From: Owenia fusiformis
Lineage: Eukaryota
NCBI GenBank assembly: GCA_903813345.2
Contig: CAIIXF020000001.1
Coordinates: forward strand, 22,320,001 to 22,384,000
Reading direction: 5' to 3'
DNA: 64,000 nucleotides
The position numbers and the translations under genes are program-made. The notes beneath the pieces were generated by a model. The model was given only the letters and a program-made list of their open reading frames with translations, ran no database searches and had not been told where the DNA came from. Below, piece after piece: positions 37,601 to 50,200 of the stretch. Positions within the stretch are counted from its first letter, which is position 1, and every line of letters starts with the position of its first letter.

Positions 37601-39617
37601 AGATCTAATTTTGTCTGAAATTAACATTTTACAAAAATACGCAATATAACAGCTCCATCCAAGGGTCCGCCCCTCAATAAGCTGTGGCTATTTTAAATGT
37701 TTGACTTTAATAGTACTTATACTAATCATTTTGACATTCCATTTAATATTATTCAAAGAACGGTATATTTTAGTAACATTTGCAGAGAACTAAGTAAAGA
37801 TTTGAAACATACTACAGATACACACCAACTACGAAGGATTTAGCAATCAACAATATCAATATCTAGTATTTTAGATAAGTTTGAAACCGTTCATTGTAGA
37901 AATAAAAAATGCATTTAGCTTGTGACAGTGTGTATCCTCTGAGAGAGGTTAAAAGTCCTTATGACATATTTGTCGATTATTTTACAGTTTTAATCAGTTC
38001 AGAACAGCATTCCAGAATAGAGATGACTTTTATAAAAGAAGATCTGTCAATTTTTGAGTCCACTATGGATTGAAAATTCTGACACATGTCAAAAATCTTC
38101 TTAGTGAGAAATACCAGAGACTCTTGTCGCCAAAAGTATCGATTTTTCATCAACAAGACTATATTTAACAATTTCTTTAAGGATAATTTAAGTGTTTTAG
38201 TAGATTGAATCCTAAGCTGATTTGTACAATTGTAGAACGAATTTATAGGTCACACTTTCCAACTTGTATTTAGGTTTGAACGTGTGACCTTATGACAGTG
38301 TTAATACCTGGGTGTTAATATTAGATTAAGTGCCAAGCTGTCCATCAAACGTCAGCATACAGTTGATACCATGTCGTAATCGAAGTGAGACACGCTCAAG
38401 TGCTTCCATTGCCTTTTAACAATATACCAATGCCCATAACACCCGTACCTGCCCCCTGATGTATATAAAGCATCAATTGGTCTTATTCTAGTTTCGAATA
38501 AAATTATTGCAATATTCTTACCCCATCTCCGTCTCCCTCTAAGACTACTGAATATTACTTTTACAGAAAAGTGAGACGCAAACGTTATCAAACAATGCAA
38601 TTAATTACTAGATCGGAGCATCACTTGAACTCTTATCGGAATGTTATTTCTAACTACGCCTTCGCCTGTCTCAACTCTACTACGCAATACTTTTTCACGT
38701 TCTTACTTTATAAGTTCATTGATACTTGTTGCAGTCTCAATTAGCAAATATACTACGCTTAGCTTGGAGTTGATTGATACATTGACTATTACGCAAATAC
38801 ATTGACTATTACGCAAATCTAAAAAACAGCTCGACGAAGCCTGTAGTGACCTTACCCGGGTACTGATCACTATCAGGACAGACTAGCTTGGCTGGCGATG
38901 TTATAATCGACTACCCTTCCACATTAATCACAGTTTGGCGTGTTTTATCCTCATAACCCGATCAAAATTATAGTTAGAAATCGTTCATGGTTTGTGATTG
39001 CAGCATTTTAAGATGGCAATAAATTATTCAATTTCCTATATCTTGACATTTTTTATAATTTTTCTGTTTTGTTGGTGCTGGGTTTAGGAAGAGACGCGCC
39101 ATATCTATCTGGCTGAAAGTATCAATGCATTAATAAACTACGAAATGAACTCAAGCTTGCTATTAAATATCATCTTCTTGTGAAAATTCCGTAAATCAAT
39201 TTAGATTAAATTAGTTCTCGAGGAATATTAGACTCGGAAGTCTCCAAATTTTCTAGACGGGTCTGAGTTTACGCCGCCTCGAGGGAGTAGTGGCTTATTC
39301 ATTATGGATAACATGGTTAAAACAACTTTCTAGGAAGAGATAAGACATCAAAATTAGATCATCTTCATCTCCTAAGACATACAACTGCCAAAACAAAAAG
39401 GAACGTATGAGTCTATTGAACAAAAAGTTACCAACAAGCCACGTGCATTCTGGAACATACGCACTTTGTTTCGTTTTTTTAATTACAAATTATTAAATTT
39501 TTTACCTGGAGTTTTCTTGTTGAATTCGCCATCATCTTCGCCCTGTAATGGAAGGAGTCCAAATCCGGACACTCCAATATCCAGAAAAAAGAGAGTTAAA
39601 AGTCGCCTGTAAAACAT
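25621..39617 (-). CDS. chrd: Chordin (BMP antagonist, Sog orthologue), 21 exons, about 924 aa: signal peptide, CR1, four CHRD domains, CR2-CR4
   Basis: Phase-consistent GT-AG exons: 39506-39617, 36024-36124, 33886-34018, 33151-33461, 32751-32892, 32312-32440, 32083-32162, 31735-31876, 31059-31165, 30718-30855, 30192-30348, 29849-30075, 29589-29702, 29175-29342, 28895-28988, 28234-28361, 27103-27211, 26668-26778, 26327-26424, 25903-25999, 25621-25697. Diagnostic motifs [54 protein letters not shown] and GELRAK. Confidence 0.95.
28563..28800. repeat. Tandem duplication in a chordin intron, period about 160 bp
   Basis: AATGAATAT.TATCAGTACTGAATTCAT.GTTGTAAA...GACTGATGC.TGGT.CCACAA occurs at about 28563 and 28721. 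Confidence 0.7.
31562..31680. repeat. Palindromic repeat, related copy at about 2600-2690
   Basis: Inverted arms GAGCAGG.GTAATATTGTCGAATACAC / GTGTATTCGACAATATTACCCCTGCTC. TATTCGAC.ATATTACCCCTGC also occurs at about 2659-2680. Confidence 0.6.
32535..32690. mobile_element. Short MITE, second copy at about 62000-62155
   Basis: Inverted ends AATGCAACT...GTCGGCTA / TAGCCGACAG...TTGCATT and a shared core ACTATTTTATG..CAACTCATTTAAATATGAAT in both copies. Confidence 0.7.
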
Positions 39618-42600
39618 CTTCGATTTCATTTTCAAATGAATATTTGGCAAAGTGCGTCAACTCCTAAACTAATTTTACATGAATGTTTGAAGTAGTTTCG
39701 TGTTGAGTAACTCGTAGGCCTCAATTGAATTTGCGTCCTGTTTTTCTTTTGACGTTCTGTTTGAATGTTTCCCGAAAGTTTCAGACTGGATAAAGTTATT
39801 TCTGAGTATTTTGAAGTGTTATTGTATATCCGTAGTGGATGCTATTTACTTGTATTTACTCGAGTTAAATAAATTCTAATATTGTGCTCCTAAGTTTTGA
39901 TAGTGGACCTAAGCAAACGACTTCAGTCCCCCTACTTGAAATGCATTCACATGAATCCACTAGAAAACTGTATGTCAAAACGTCAACTTTTAAACAGCAT
40001 ATTTTTGGCTTCGTATTTTTTATTAATCGTCTCGAAAACCAAATCCTCGTCATTCGTGTGTTCCGCTTAAGCCCCGGGCTATTATTATCTCATTTAACAT
40101 TTTTATAGGATTTAATGTTTTGTGGCTTCTTCTTTTGTGAATTTATTCTGCCTCATTTCCATGGTTCACTGTTAGATTCTGACTTCTCGTACGTTCATTC
40201 TTTGGATTCTTCCCTCTCTTGCCCGTTTATTTATTCAAGAACTTAGCTGCAATTGCTCATGGTTTTCTTTTGTTAAGCCAAGTGGTTTTAACGATAAAAC
40301 TTGTGAAAAGACTTGAATTGAGATTGCAGGAAATTGATTGTATTCGGTATGATATCAGGCCTTTATATAAACCATCCCACATTTCTCCAAATTATTCAGT
40401 ACCGCTGCTAATAATGATAATTTCATAATCTAATATTGGTATTATATAGCTGATTATTCATTTCTAATTAACGGCTCTAATTTTTTATAGCATTAACTGT
40501 TATAACAATCAAAGTGATAAAAGAAAATATGTTGGTATTTGAAAATTCTTTGAATCAACATTTCCATGTGTTTGTCGTTTGGACTTCACTTTTATGATAT
40601 TGAATGTCGATTCTGAATTTTGAAATCTTTACTTTTGAAACTAAAAATGGCTTTATTTGGCTAGCTAAAAGATTCATTGTGAAATATGACTTAAAGGTGC
40701 AACAATTAGTGCAGAGGGGCAATTCAACTATTATGGACCAGTGTCAAAATATATTTAAGTTTGGAAATTTCTTCAAGACTGACTTACATCCATTTACTTC
40801 TGTTAGAGACATCTGTCAAAAAGTATGCCCTACAATGTTTCCCTTAAAAGTAGTAATGTTTTTCGAAAAAATAAGTGATCAATTGTGGTAGTTATCAGTT
40901 GAAGACCTAAAATGCAGAAATGGCCAATTCTTTAGAATTTAAAAAGATTGATCCCAACATTTTACGCTCTGTTTTTGTTACCACTTTAATACTATGGACG
41001 GCTTCAGCAAAAATAAGATTATCAAAATATTGAATATCCATGTTTTTAAGTTTGAAAGTATTCAAGTACTTCCAAAGGAATACACTATGTGACAGTATCT
41101 CATTGAAACATCTAATTTTCCACTCACGAATACTATAAACGTTCTATGAAACATTCTATGATAGAAAGCAGTAAATTAGCACATTTACTTTTAATCTGAT
41201 TATCAGGTCTATGACACTAATGAAACCATGAGACTTATTCAAATGTCACGGAAAAAATCAAGGTAGGACTTACGGTATTGCACAAAATGAAATGAAATCT
41301 TTAAAAGCGAATATTTATCCATTTGGTTGTTTACTATGATTGATTTACCGGAGAAATTGCGCAATTGTTGTCAGCATTGCGACATTTTTCGACATATACT
41401 CAGAACAGGTGTTAGCAGATTACCATGGCAGTGCTCGTCTAAGTAATCTTCATACCGTGGCACGGCCATGGAACTCCATGGGCTACCATGGCAACTTTTT
41501 ATAATGGCCCAGTGTTAGGTTCAGTTATAAGAGCTTTGCACTAGACAACTTGATCAGCTCGCCATCTTATAATCATTTTAAGAGATGCTCAAGTGTAGTA
41601 TTTTTCTACAAATCAAACCGACCTGTTGACTAAAGCATTTGCCTACAAACCCATCTGTTAGTTTGAAACTTCTAATTTTGCAATAGAGTTCTTTTTTAAA
41701 TATGTCAAACTGAATTATCTTGAAAATTGTAGCCCAATTTAAATATTAAAGGCTTTCAGGCTTAGGGTGATGGATAGAGGGTTCATAAAATAATGCCACT
41801 GTGTCAACTATCTATATATCCTCCATTTCAGATGAAGGTATCATATATTAAGTACAGTGCTGCCATCTTTAAATTAACCACTAAACCGTGTCATGTTTTT
41901 TATTTAAAACAACATAACCCGATAACAACAGGTACATGTAATTCATTATTCACAAATGGCAATAATCACAGATAGCATATTAGTTGTTTTCAGACAATTT
42001 CAATGCATAAGAATCCTTTTCTTGTATGTTAATGCACACACTGGCCACTTAATTAGAAATTTGAATGTCAAAGAGGAAAAATTTGTTTTTCATCCTCTTC
42101 CAAATAAGTACACATGGGGTTACAAGTAGACTATATCCTATTTAGTCTGAATTATATTCAGACTATAAGGCACCTATGTTAAAGTTTGGCAATTAAAAGT
42201 ATTTGTTTACATAGGAAGTGCTATTCAAAATGGCTGATTGGGTAAAATTAATTTGCACATTTGTTACTTCAACTAGCTTTATTTCCACTTGACAATATGC
42301 TGTGTTGCTTTTTATTGCATTTAGTTGTACCTTACTATTTAATTGACATTTTGTTATGTTTATTTTATTGAATAAATGGTTCCTCTAATTGATAATTTTG
42401 TGCAAAAAATTTCACTGCAATTTCCACAGGAAAGTAGTACATCATAACAGACTGACTTCTAGTCAGTCTGTTGGATACATACTAGGGTTACAAGCAAGAA
42501 GCTCTGGTTTGCTTTGTTCCATGTTGCTTTTCCCGACCCAGATACAAGGAATGCATGCAATAGTTCACATATTGGAGATGTAGAACAAAGTAAAGGATAG

Positions 42601-43818
42601 GTATCGATATGGAGAACTGAATTCAACAATGTTTTTCTCTTAACCAATCATTGAAAACATTCTGTAAAAAAACATGGTGTTTTATGTAATGTTGACTGAT
42701 TGACAACAATTTGATGCGAAAATTATTAAGAAATATTTTATATAACTGTTTTTGTTAACATTTTTTGTTTTTTTAGTGCAATTGTTTTTGCTCCTTTCTA
42801 CCAGTTCTCAAGAATGAAGTAAAATGTCTTTCCGACCCTTGTTGGAACAAAATAGCATAAACAACATGTTTAAAGACCTCTCAATATAAAAGTTATACAA
42901 AGGAATTTTTGGTTGATTTTAAAAAAGTATTCAAAAAATTAAAACAAAATCCCCCCAAAATAGATAAAAATCAAGAAAAACCTCTTATTTCATTAACAAG
43001 ATACTTTTTTAAAATCAACCAAAATTTCCTTTGTACAATTACAATATTGAGAGACCTAAACATGTTGTGTTTATGTCGTTTTGTTCCAATGAGGTTCGGA
43101 AAGATGTTTCATTTCCCTCTGGAAACATGATACCAAGAACAAAACAAGTGTTTGATGGGTTTTTTAAAACAATATAGATGAAAGTGTGTATATCTATTTC
43201 AAAGTATATTGTTACCATTCAAAAGATGGCCATTTAATTGACAATTCGTAAGATTTTCAGAAATTTTTGATAACTGGTTTAAGAGAAACGTGTGTTCAAA
43301 AATTTCGCCATATCGATACCCATTCTTTGATTACTTATTCTCGTATCAAAGTCCTTAGCTTCCTCCCAATCTGGAGGGGAGTTAGAAGCATGATGCAACA
43401 TGGAAATAAGAGGTTTTTCTAAACGACTCTAAAAATGTCTTTAAATCACAAGAATTCATTTCTCATCAGATCCTCTTAGCTAGGGAGAGCTACCTTAAAA
43501 TTTGAATACTAGTATTGTTAATATAAAAAATGATTTGCCTTTTAACAAGAGTAGGAGGAGTATAGAAATGCCTCAATGAATTGGATATCTGGTATAAAGC
43601 TAGGAAAATGAGTTATAAGTACCGAAGAGAAAACAATGAAATCACTTTTTATTCATTATTTATTCACTAACTACATAGATTTCCTTAAAAAGATAAAAAT
43701 GTTTTTATGTTGAACAATACCACAATATTTTACACTTTTGTATGCTTCATTCCTACACATTGATCAAATAGAGTAAAGAAGGCATAAAGTAGCTTAGAAA
43801 TTAAACCTCCACAGTTCT

Positions 43819-44271
43819 TCAATGTTTCTTTGTTTTCTCCAGCGGAATATTTCCAGGAGGTGCGATAAAATAGTCATCTTCAGTCACAACTGCATTTCTC
43901 ATAACATCTTCACGAGTATTGTCCATTGTTACCACATCTTCTCTGAGAAAGAGAGGATAATTTTCTAAAACAGTGTCCATTGGCTCAACATTTGTAGTGT
44001 CTACAAGACTGAGTTGGTCAGCAAAACGTATCGCTTTTTGAAGCCTTTCTATAGCCTCTTCATTGGTGAAATCTACTAATGCTTGCCTTTCCAAATGTTC
44101 CACTGTTTCTGTATCAATTTTTGTAAATTGTGGTAGCTGTGAATCACCAATGGCCGACCATGTTGGTGCCTTCGGAATGTAAGAGGTGGATCTTTTACTA
44201 CATGTAAATCCACATAACATTGTACGAGGCACCCTTATGAACATTTGTTTGACGTTCCTTAGAAATTGCAT
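43819..44271 (-). CDS. gatc: Mitochondrial glutamyl-tRNA(Gln) amidotransferase subunit C, intronless
   Basis: Basic N-terminal presequence, HLERQALVDF, AIRFADQL, VDTTNVEPM, LREDVV, NAVVTEDDYFIAPPGNIPL. Confidence 0.95.
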   Translation of the reverse strand: MQFLRNVKQMFIRVPRTMLCGFTCSKRSTSYIPKAPTWSAIGDSQLPQFTKIDTETVEHLERQALVDFTNEEAIERLQKAIRFADQLSLVDTTNVEPMDTVLENYPLFLREDVVTMDNTREDVMRNAVVTEDDYFIAPPGNIPLEKTKKH

Positions 44272-44402
44272 GATTGTACTTTATAAAAGATATGTATCGA
44301 TAAATATAACACTTTGCGGACAATTTAGAATATTCCAATAATGTAGTCTTCTGTAGATCAGAGTAGCAGGAGTTCAAAAAGTTCTTGATGATTGTTAATA
44401 TA

Positions 44403-44660
44403 TTAGTCCTCTGGTCTCTCAGGTGGTGGACCACAAGGTTGAAGCATTTTCTCCATAAAATTAAATCTCACTCTAGCTTTTGACTCGTTTTCAACCAGAG
44501 CAAAATGATTGAGCATGTCAAAATGTCCCATGTATGATGCGAAGCTATCTCGGTGCTGGTTAGTCATCCATTCCCATTTATTGGTGTCAGCGTGACCAGT
44601 CCCAACGTACTTGGATTGAAGATGCTCTAACTGACTATGAATATTGTATCTATCACCCAT
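44403..44660 (-). CDS. sf3b5: Splicing factor 3B subunit 5 (SF3b10), intronless, 85 aa
   Basis: MGDRYNIHSQLEHLQSKYVGTGHADT.KWEW..NQHRDS...ENESKARVRFN.MEKMLQPCGPPP closely matches SF3B5. True ATG at 44660. Confidence 0.98.
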   Translation of the reverse strand: MGDRYNIHSQLEHLQSKYVGTGHADTNKWEWMTNQHRDSFASYMGHFDMLNHFALVENESKARVRFNFMEKMLQPCGPPPERPED

Positions 44661-45007
44661 AATATTGCTATAAACAAACAACTTTTGTGTGCAGCGATTT
44701 TCCAAATTTCCAAAACGGAAACGTTCATACTATAGTTACAAAACACCGGAAAGCGAATAAAACATGAAATTTATCGTTTATCCATTGCTTATTGATAACA
44801 TTTTGTAAACTAGAGAATGAATGATCAACCGGAATGCAGATTATTGCATTCAAGTGTGCATCAATGTGTCAAATAAGAGAAATAGAGAGACATATGTCGG
44901 ACAAAAAGGGATCAGGTAACCGGAACATGCGCAGTAAATCGACTCAGTGGCAATCGGCGTGAAATTTAAAAAAAAGAAAAACATTTCTACCTTTACAGAT
45001 AATTTAG
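44661..45007. promoter_or_regulatory. Probable bidirectional promoter for SF3B5/GATC and RCC1
   Basis: Head-to-head genes. Three ACCGGAA ETS-like cores (about 44746, 44828, 44919), an ATGCGCA NRF1-like half site and a + strand donor AG|GTAAAG at 45007/45008 (candidate non-coding RCC1 exon 1). Confidence 0.55.
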
Positions 45008-46587
45008 GTAAAGTATATATTATTATTCGATATTAAAGCCTTTGGAGTTAGATTTAATTATATTACACTTACGAGTCATATTTAGAATGCATAGGTATTC
45101 ATTATAGTCTCATGTTTATTATTCAGAAAAAGCTCTCTTGAAAGCCCATCAGCAAAAATGAAACCGGCAAAATTTCATTCATATGACGCCATAATAAGCA
45201 TAGATTGTAAAATTGTAACAAACTGTGACACACCAATGATTTTAAGATTGAGATTGCGTCATATAATCGATCTACAATAAAATATTTATTATATTTTCGA
45301 CTCTTTGCACCACTCTCTGTTATGAGACAATTTGAGGTCCTGTTGAGAACTTTTCGGGTTCTGCGCATTCAAAAGAACCACATGTTATATTTCAAAAGTA
45401 AAAAATATCTACTTTACGTTAGCTACGCACATATTTTTTACCTCAATTGATTCTAAACACCAGCCTAAACTTTCTCTCGGATCCAAAACAAAAAAGTTCT
45501 GGCAGTCTCAAATTAGTACACAGAACACACTTCAATCTTTAAATCGGCCAGTTATTCAAAATGTCCATCAACTTCGTGTGTATTTTCGTTTTATATGTAA
45601 TCTCATTTTGATTTTGCTTGGCTTTGGAATAAACCGAATGTAACCTCACTTCTAAATGATAGAATCCATAAAGAAATCCAGGTAAGAAATAAGTGTATAC
45701 ATAGCGTCTTAATTATACGATTTTGAAGAATAATGTTAGCTTGAATCAGGGTTCCTCAAAGGTCACAACCACACTGCAGAGTAGGCGTGGCACATTGATA
45801 ACTATTTACCTTTGTTGATTATAAACTATAGTGACTTTGTTCCCTCAAGGTTACAAAAAGTCTCATCAATCTCTTATTATAAAGGGTTAAAGGTCACTTT
45901 AGAATTTAAAAGTACAAACAGTTAGTCCAAAATGTTCACCAAAGATATTTGAAATGAAATGCTAAGAAATACTTTTCAAACGTTGCGTAAGCAAACATTC
46001 ATGGACCATGGTATATGAGTGAATTAACAATGAAATCAAAACATTTATGCAGTTTCTAAATCGAGTTAGAAATATGCAGAAAGCTTTTTATTTGATTGAT
46101 GATGGGTCGGACCTAAGATGCTGAATGGTTTCTTTTCATTGACTTGCTGCATATTTGCTACTTTTTATGAAATGCAATAAGTTATTGATGCAAGCAGAGG
46201 AGTTAACATTGAAATCTTAGTGCCCGTCATTAAAAATTTTGAATAAAACTGAAAATAAAGGATCCTGAATATTTCAATAAATTTTTTAATCATTGGTACA
46301 TCTGTATGGGACTTACTGGATCATATTCACATTAAGATCTCATATTTTACCAGTAATTTTAATAGTGATTGCAGAACAATAATACAATCATCATAAATTA
46401 TGATGTATGGTCATAAAATAAATACAATATATTTTTTCAGAGTTTGTACACAAATAAATTAAATGGAAGGTGGTGGTAAGATAACTAGCTAACAGTGTTA
46501 ATATGGTTGTATAAGGGTGAACTTTAGATCTTGGAAAAGAAAGACCTATGAACTAATTCTAAGTTGTGCAAAGAAAAACATTTAGAT

Positions 46588-46669
46588 AATGCCTCGTCGG
46601 TCACATTTGTTCCAACCCATCTGCTGCCGCCTGGCCAATTGAGTCAGACCAAATGTGACTCAGGCATTG
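46588..46669. repeat. Hairpin/palindromic element in RCC1 5' intron
   Basis: Inverted arms AATGCCT...GTCACATTTG / CAAATGTGAC...AGGCATT. Confidence 0.55.
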
Positions 46670-47296
46670 ATCAGTATGTGTAGGCTTGAGAAAGAAAAAG
46701 TTTGATTGTTTTGAAAAAAAAGATGTGTAAGAGTATAAGGTCCTAATTACCGACGACTCTCGAGATCTTGTATAGCCTAAGATTGATACGCAGGAATTAA
46801 TATTTATGATATTGTTTGTATTTTTACTTCACGTTCTTGTTTAAATAACTGTTAGGATGTTTATAATAATTAAGCCTTTGTTTCCTTTAATCTCTCTAAT
46901 TGCAGGACATTACATAATTGTTAAACGTTATGATATTAAGTTCACAGTTAAACTGTTTAATTAACCAATTAAATTGTTAAATATCTGCGAAATTCAAATA
47001 TTAATTATTTAATTGTGTAAATGTTGCACATGCTTAATTTAACTTATATATCAAACTGAAATCGTTTAATTAAGTAAAGAATCAAACTTTTCTGTAAAAA
47101 TGATCACATCAGTTTATGAATATTTTTAGATTTTGGAGAACCCACATGTATTTCAAGTCTTGAACTAGATATTGATGATTTTAACTCTCGCCTGAGTTTT
47201 GATGATTTTAACGAGCCAGCAAACTGTACAGCAGAGAGACTAGATAACAACACTGACTTCACCAACCATTTATTAACAAGCGCCACTTGCATCATC

Positions 47297-50200
47297 ATGC
47301 CTGCTCCACGTGGAAGAAAGAGGGGCAGTACAGCTACACCTGTGGCCAATAAGGGAGGGGCAGATAGTCAACCAGCTAAGAGAACCAAAAGTAAGTTTTT
47401 TATGCCCTAACACACACTTTCCTCGAGTTAGTAAGTAAATTTCTGGATTCATTTAGGAATAGGCTTATTACGTCACCAACAGGAGCGGCGACATATTATT
47501 ATAGTCTCCAACTTTTTTGTGGATGGTATTTGGCAGTTCATGGTTGGTTTTTGGCATTTGGCATCTGTAACAAATGACAGATGATAACATTTTCTATGCT
47601 GATGCCTCTGTAAGATTAGAGAAGACTTCAAAAATTCAATATCAGACAAAGCACAATTTCCATTGCTATCTAGCATGATTACTAGTTTTCTGTATTCAAT
47701 ATTGAAATTATCATGTCATCACCAGAAATGGTGACATATTGTTATGGTCTCAGACTCTTTTGTGGATAACAAATGGCAGGTGGTGACAATTTGCATGTTA
47801 ATGCCTTGTTTTATAAACTTTGGTTATTATTTTTGAATGAACCTTATGTTTTGTTCCAGTTTACCACCGCTCCCACCAGAAGTTGTCGGGGACAGTTCTG
47901 GCCTGTGGAGAGGGAGATGTCGGTCAGCTAGGGATGGGGGAGAATATACTGGATCGTACTAAACCAGGAAAGGTGGCGCTACCATCTCCTGTCATACAAG
48001 CTGTAGCTGGTGGCATGCACACAGTTTGTTTGTTAGAGAATGGAGAGGTAGGCATCTCTGTTTTCTTTAAAATATTTCTATTCACCCCAAAAAAAATTTA
48101 GAATTGTTGCTCTGAAAAAATCTGAGTTGAGGTGAACCTTTCAGTAAATTGCCGAGTAATTATCACTTAGAAAAAAACAAGTTGCTTATGCAAAAGGAGG
48201 ATTCAAGTCACATCAAAAGCAGCACATGGTTTTTTTTCATCGATAAAAAATAAGAATCGCATATCGAAATTTGCTGGATATCTGGATCGGTTAATTCAGA
48301 AATACTTAATCGGTATTGCTGGTTTCTAGATCTACACATTTGGTTGCAATGATGATGGAGCATTGGGCCACGATACATCTGAAGATGGCAGTGAGATGTC
48401 CCCAGCAAAAGTAGAAAACTTGGGTGCTAAGATTATAATGGTGTCGGCAGGGGATAGCCACACGGCAGCCTTGGCAGATGATGGGAGGGTCTACATATGG
48501 GGAGCTTTCAGGGTAGGTATTCCCTAACTTCCTTTTTACTTTCTAAGATAGAAACTCCTGTATTTTAGAACATTGCACTGGGATCCCAATGTTTTTTGGG
48601 GATGAATTTACTGCAGTACTTGTTTGAATTCACCGATCAGATTTTTGTTGTTAGATGACTTCTTGTACTCAGATAACCAGTTTTAATGAGAAACTGTCGT
48701 AAAGTTGTCATCAGAAAATGTTCAGAAACAGTTCTTAACCATTCTAAACGTTCATGAAAAATATTTCAATGCTATACAAGTTAGAGTAATTTAATTGTTT
48801 ATATTATTTTCTAGGATGCAAATGGTATGATGGGAATGCTCGCTGCGGGGAAGACAGAAAACACTCCTGTTCCCATCTTAGAAGACAAAACAATCGTCAA
48901 GATTGCCTCAGGAGGAGATTTTCTGGTCTGTTTATCAGATGCTGGGGAGATTTTTACCCTAGGTACATTTTCAAGATGCTGTCTCGTATCTAAGATCCTA
49001 CCTTTTCATAGCTATTAAACCCATCATACATGACCTTGTATCACAAAAAAGATGTTACTATTTTTGTACATCCACTCCATTGAAACTAAGTCAGTGTGTG
49101 AAAAATAACAGCTCTGCATGCTATATTCTATTAGGGATGAAAAATCCAGCAATTCATAGTTTAATCAATCTCCATTTCCTCTCTTGTACTCTTATAAGAT
49201 GTCGATGCTTGATTATGTTTCTAGGGTGTGCAGAGCAGGGTCAGTTAGGACGTGTAGCAGAATGTTTTTCACAGCGAGGGGGTAGAAAAGGATTAGGTGA
49301 GTATTTATCATGTCTCATATCAGAATTTATGTACTCCCGCCTAGACCACTTAACAAAAGGTGTGCTTTTGGGAGGATACATTTATATTTGCATACTCTTT
49401 GGCTCATTAAGATATAGGCTCACGGGGAGACTTGTAAAATAATTTCAAGATTAAATGATCCCAAATCCTTTACACAGATGTTATTTTCTACAGTCGGGGG
49501 AATATCATGGCAAAATATGTTAATCATGATTGATTCTTTTCTTTTTCCAGACCTGATATTATTACCAGGAGAGGTTCATTTTAAAAAAAGCAAAGGATCC
49601 AAACGGAAATTTTCAGATATCTGGGTGTCCACGTACTCAACATATGCCCAAGTAGCTGACACTAATGAGATTTATGCATGGGGTCTTAATAACTATTACC
49701 AGCTAGGTGAGTATAGATGGCAATCAACTAGATTTAACATACTTTAAAGTGGGTTTCAAATGTTTCAACTTGTTCTCTGTAAAATATGAGCATTTAAGGA
49801 ATATGTACATTGAAAGAAAATATGAATGTTGTTGTTTGTTTTGTGAAATGTCTTGCACGTTACTCTACTGAATCATAATATTTTTCAATCATTGACCCAG
49901 ATGGTTATACCATGACAATGTTTAGACCAATCAGATAGATAGCAGCATGAGTCATATATGCATATTCTAGACTATCCAGGTCTGGTAGTTTTTGAGAACA
50001 AAACAGCTATTATACTTTTTGTTGTATGGTTCCAGGTATTAATGATTTGTCAAACCGTTTCGTCCCTACAAGGGTGCCATCTTTTGATGGAAAGGAATGG
50101 CTCTCTATCAGTGGAGGTCAGCACCATCTGGTGGCACTTGACTCAGAAGGTAAATGTTTTAAAAGAAATCAGAAAATGAGGAAATACAATAAGATGAAAT

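Noticed and set aside
44198-44434. ORF bridging SF3B5 and GATC as a frameshift or readthrough fusion
   Set aside because: It is in a third frame, stops inside GATC without joining it, and no slippery site is evident.
45008-47129. U17/SNORA73 snoRNA upstream of RCC1, as in vertebrates
   Set aside because: The conserved ATATTCCTA and AAACCAT motifs in an H/ACA layout were not found by eye. An Infernal search would be needed.
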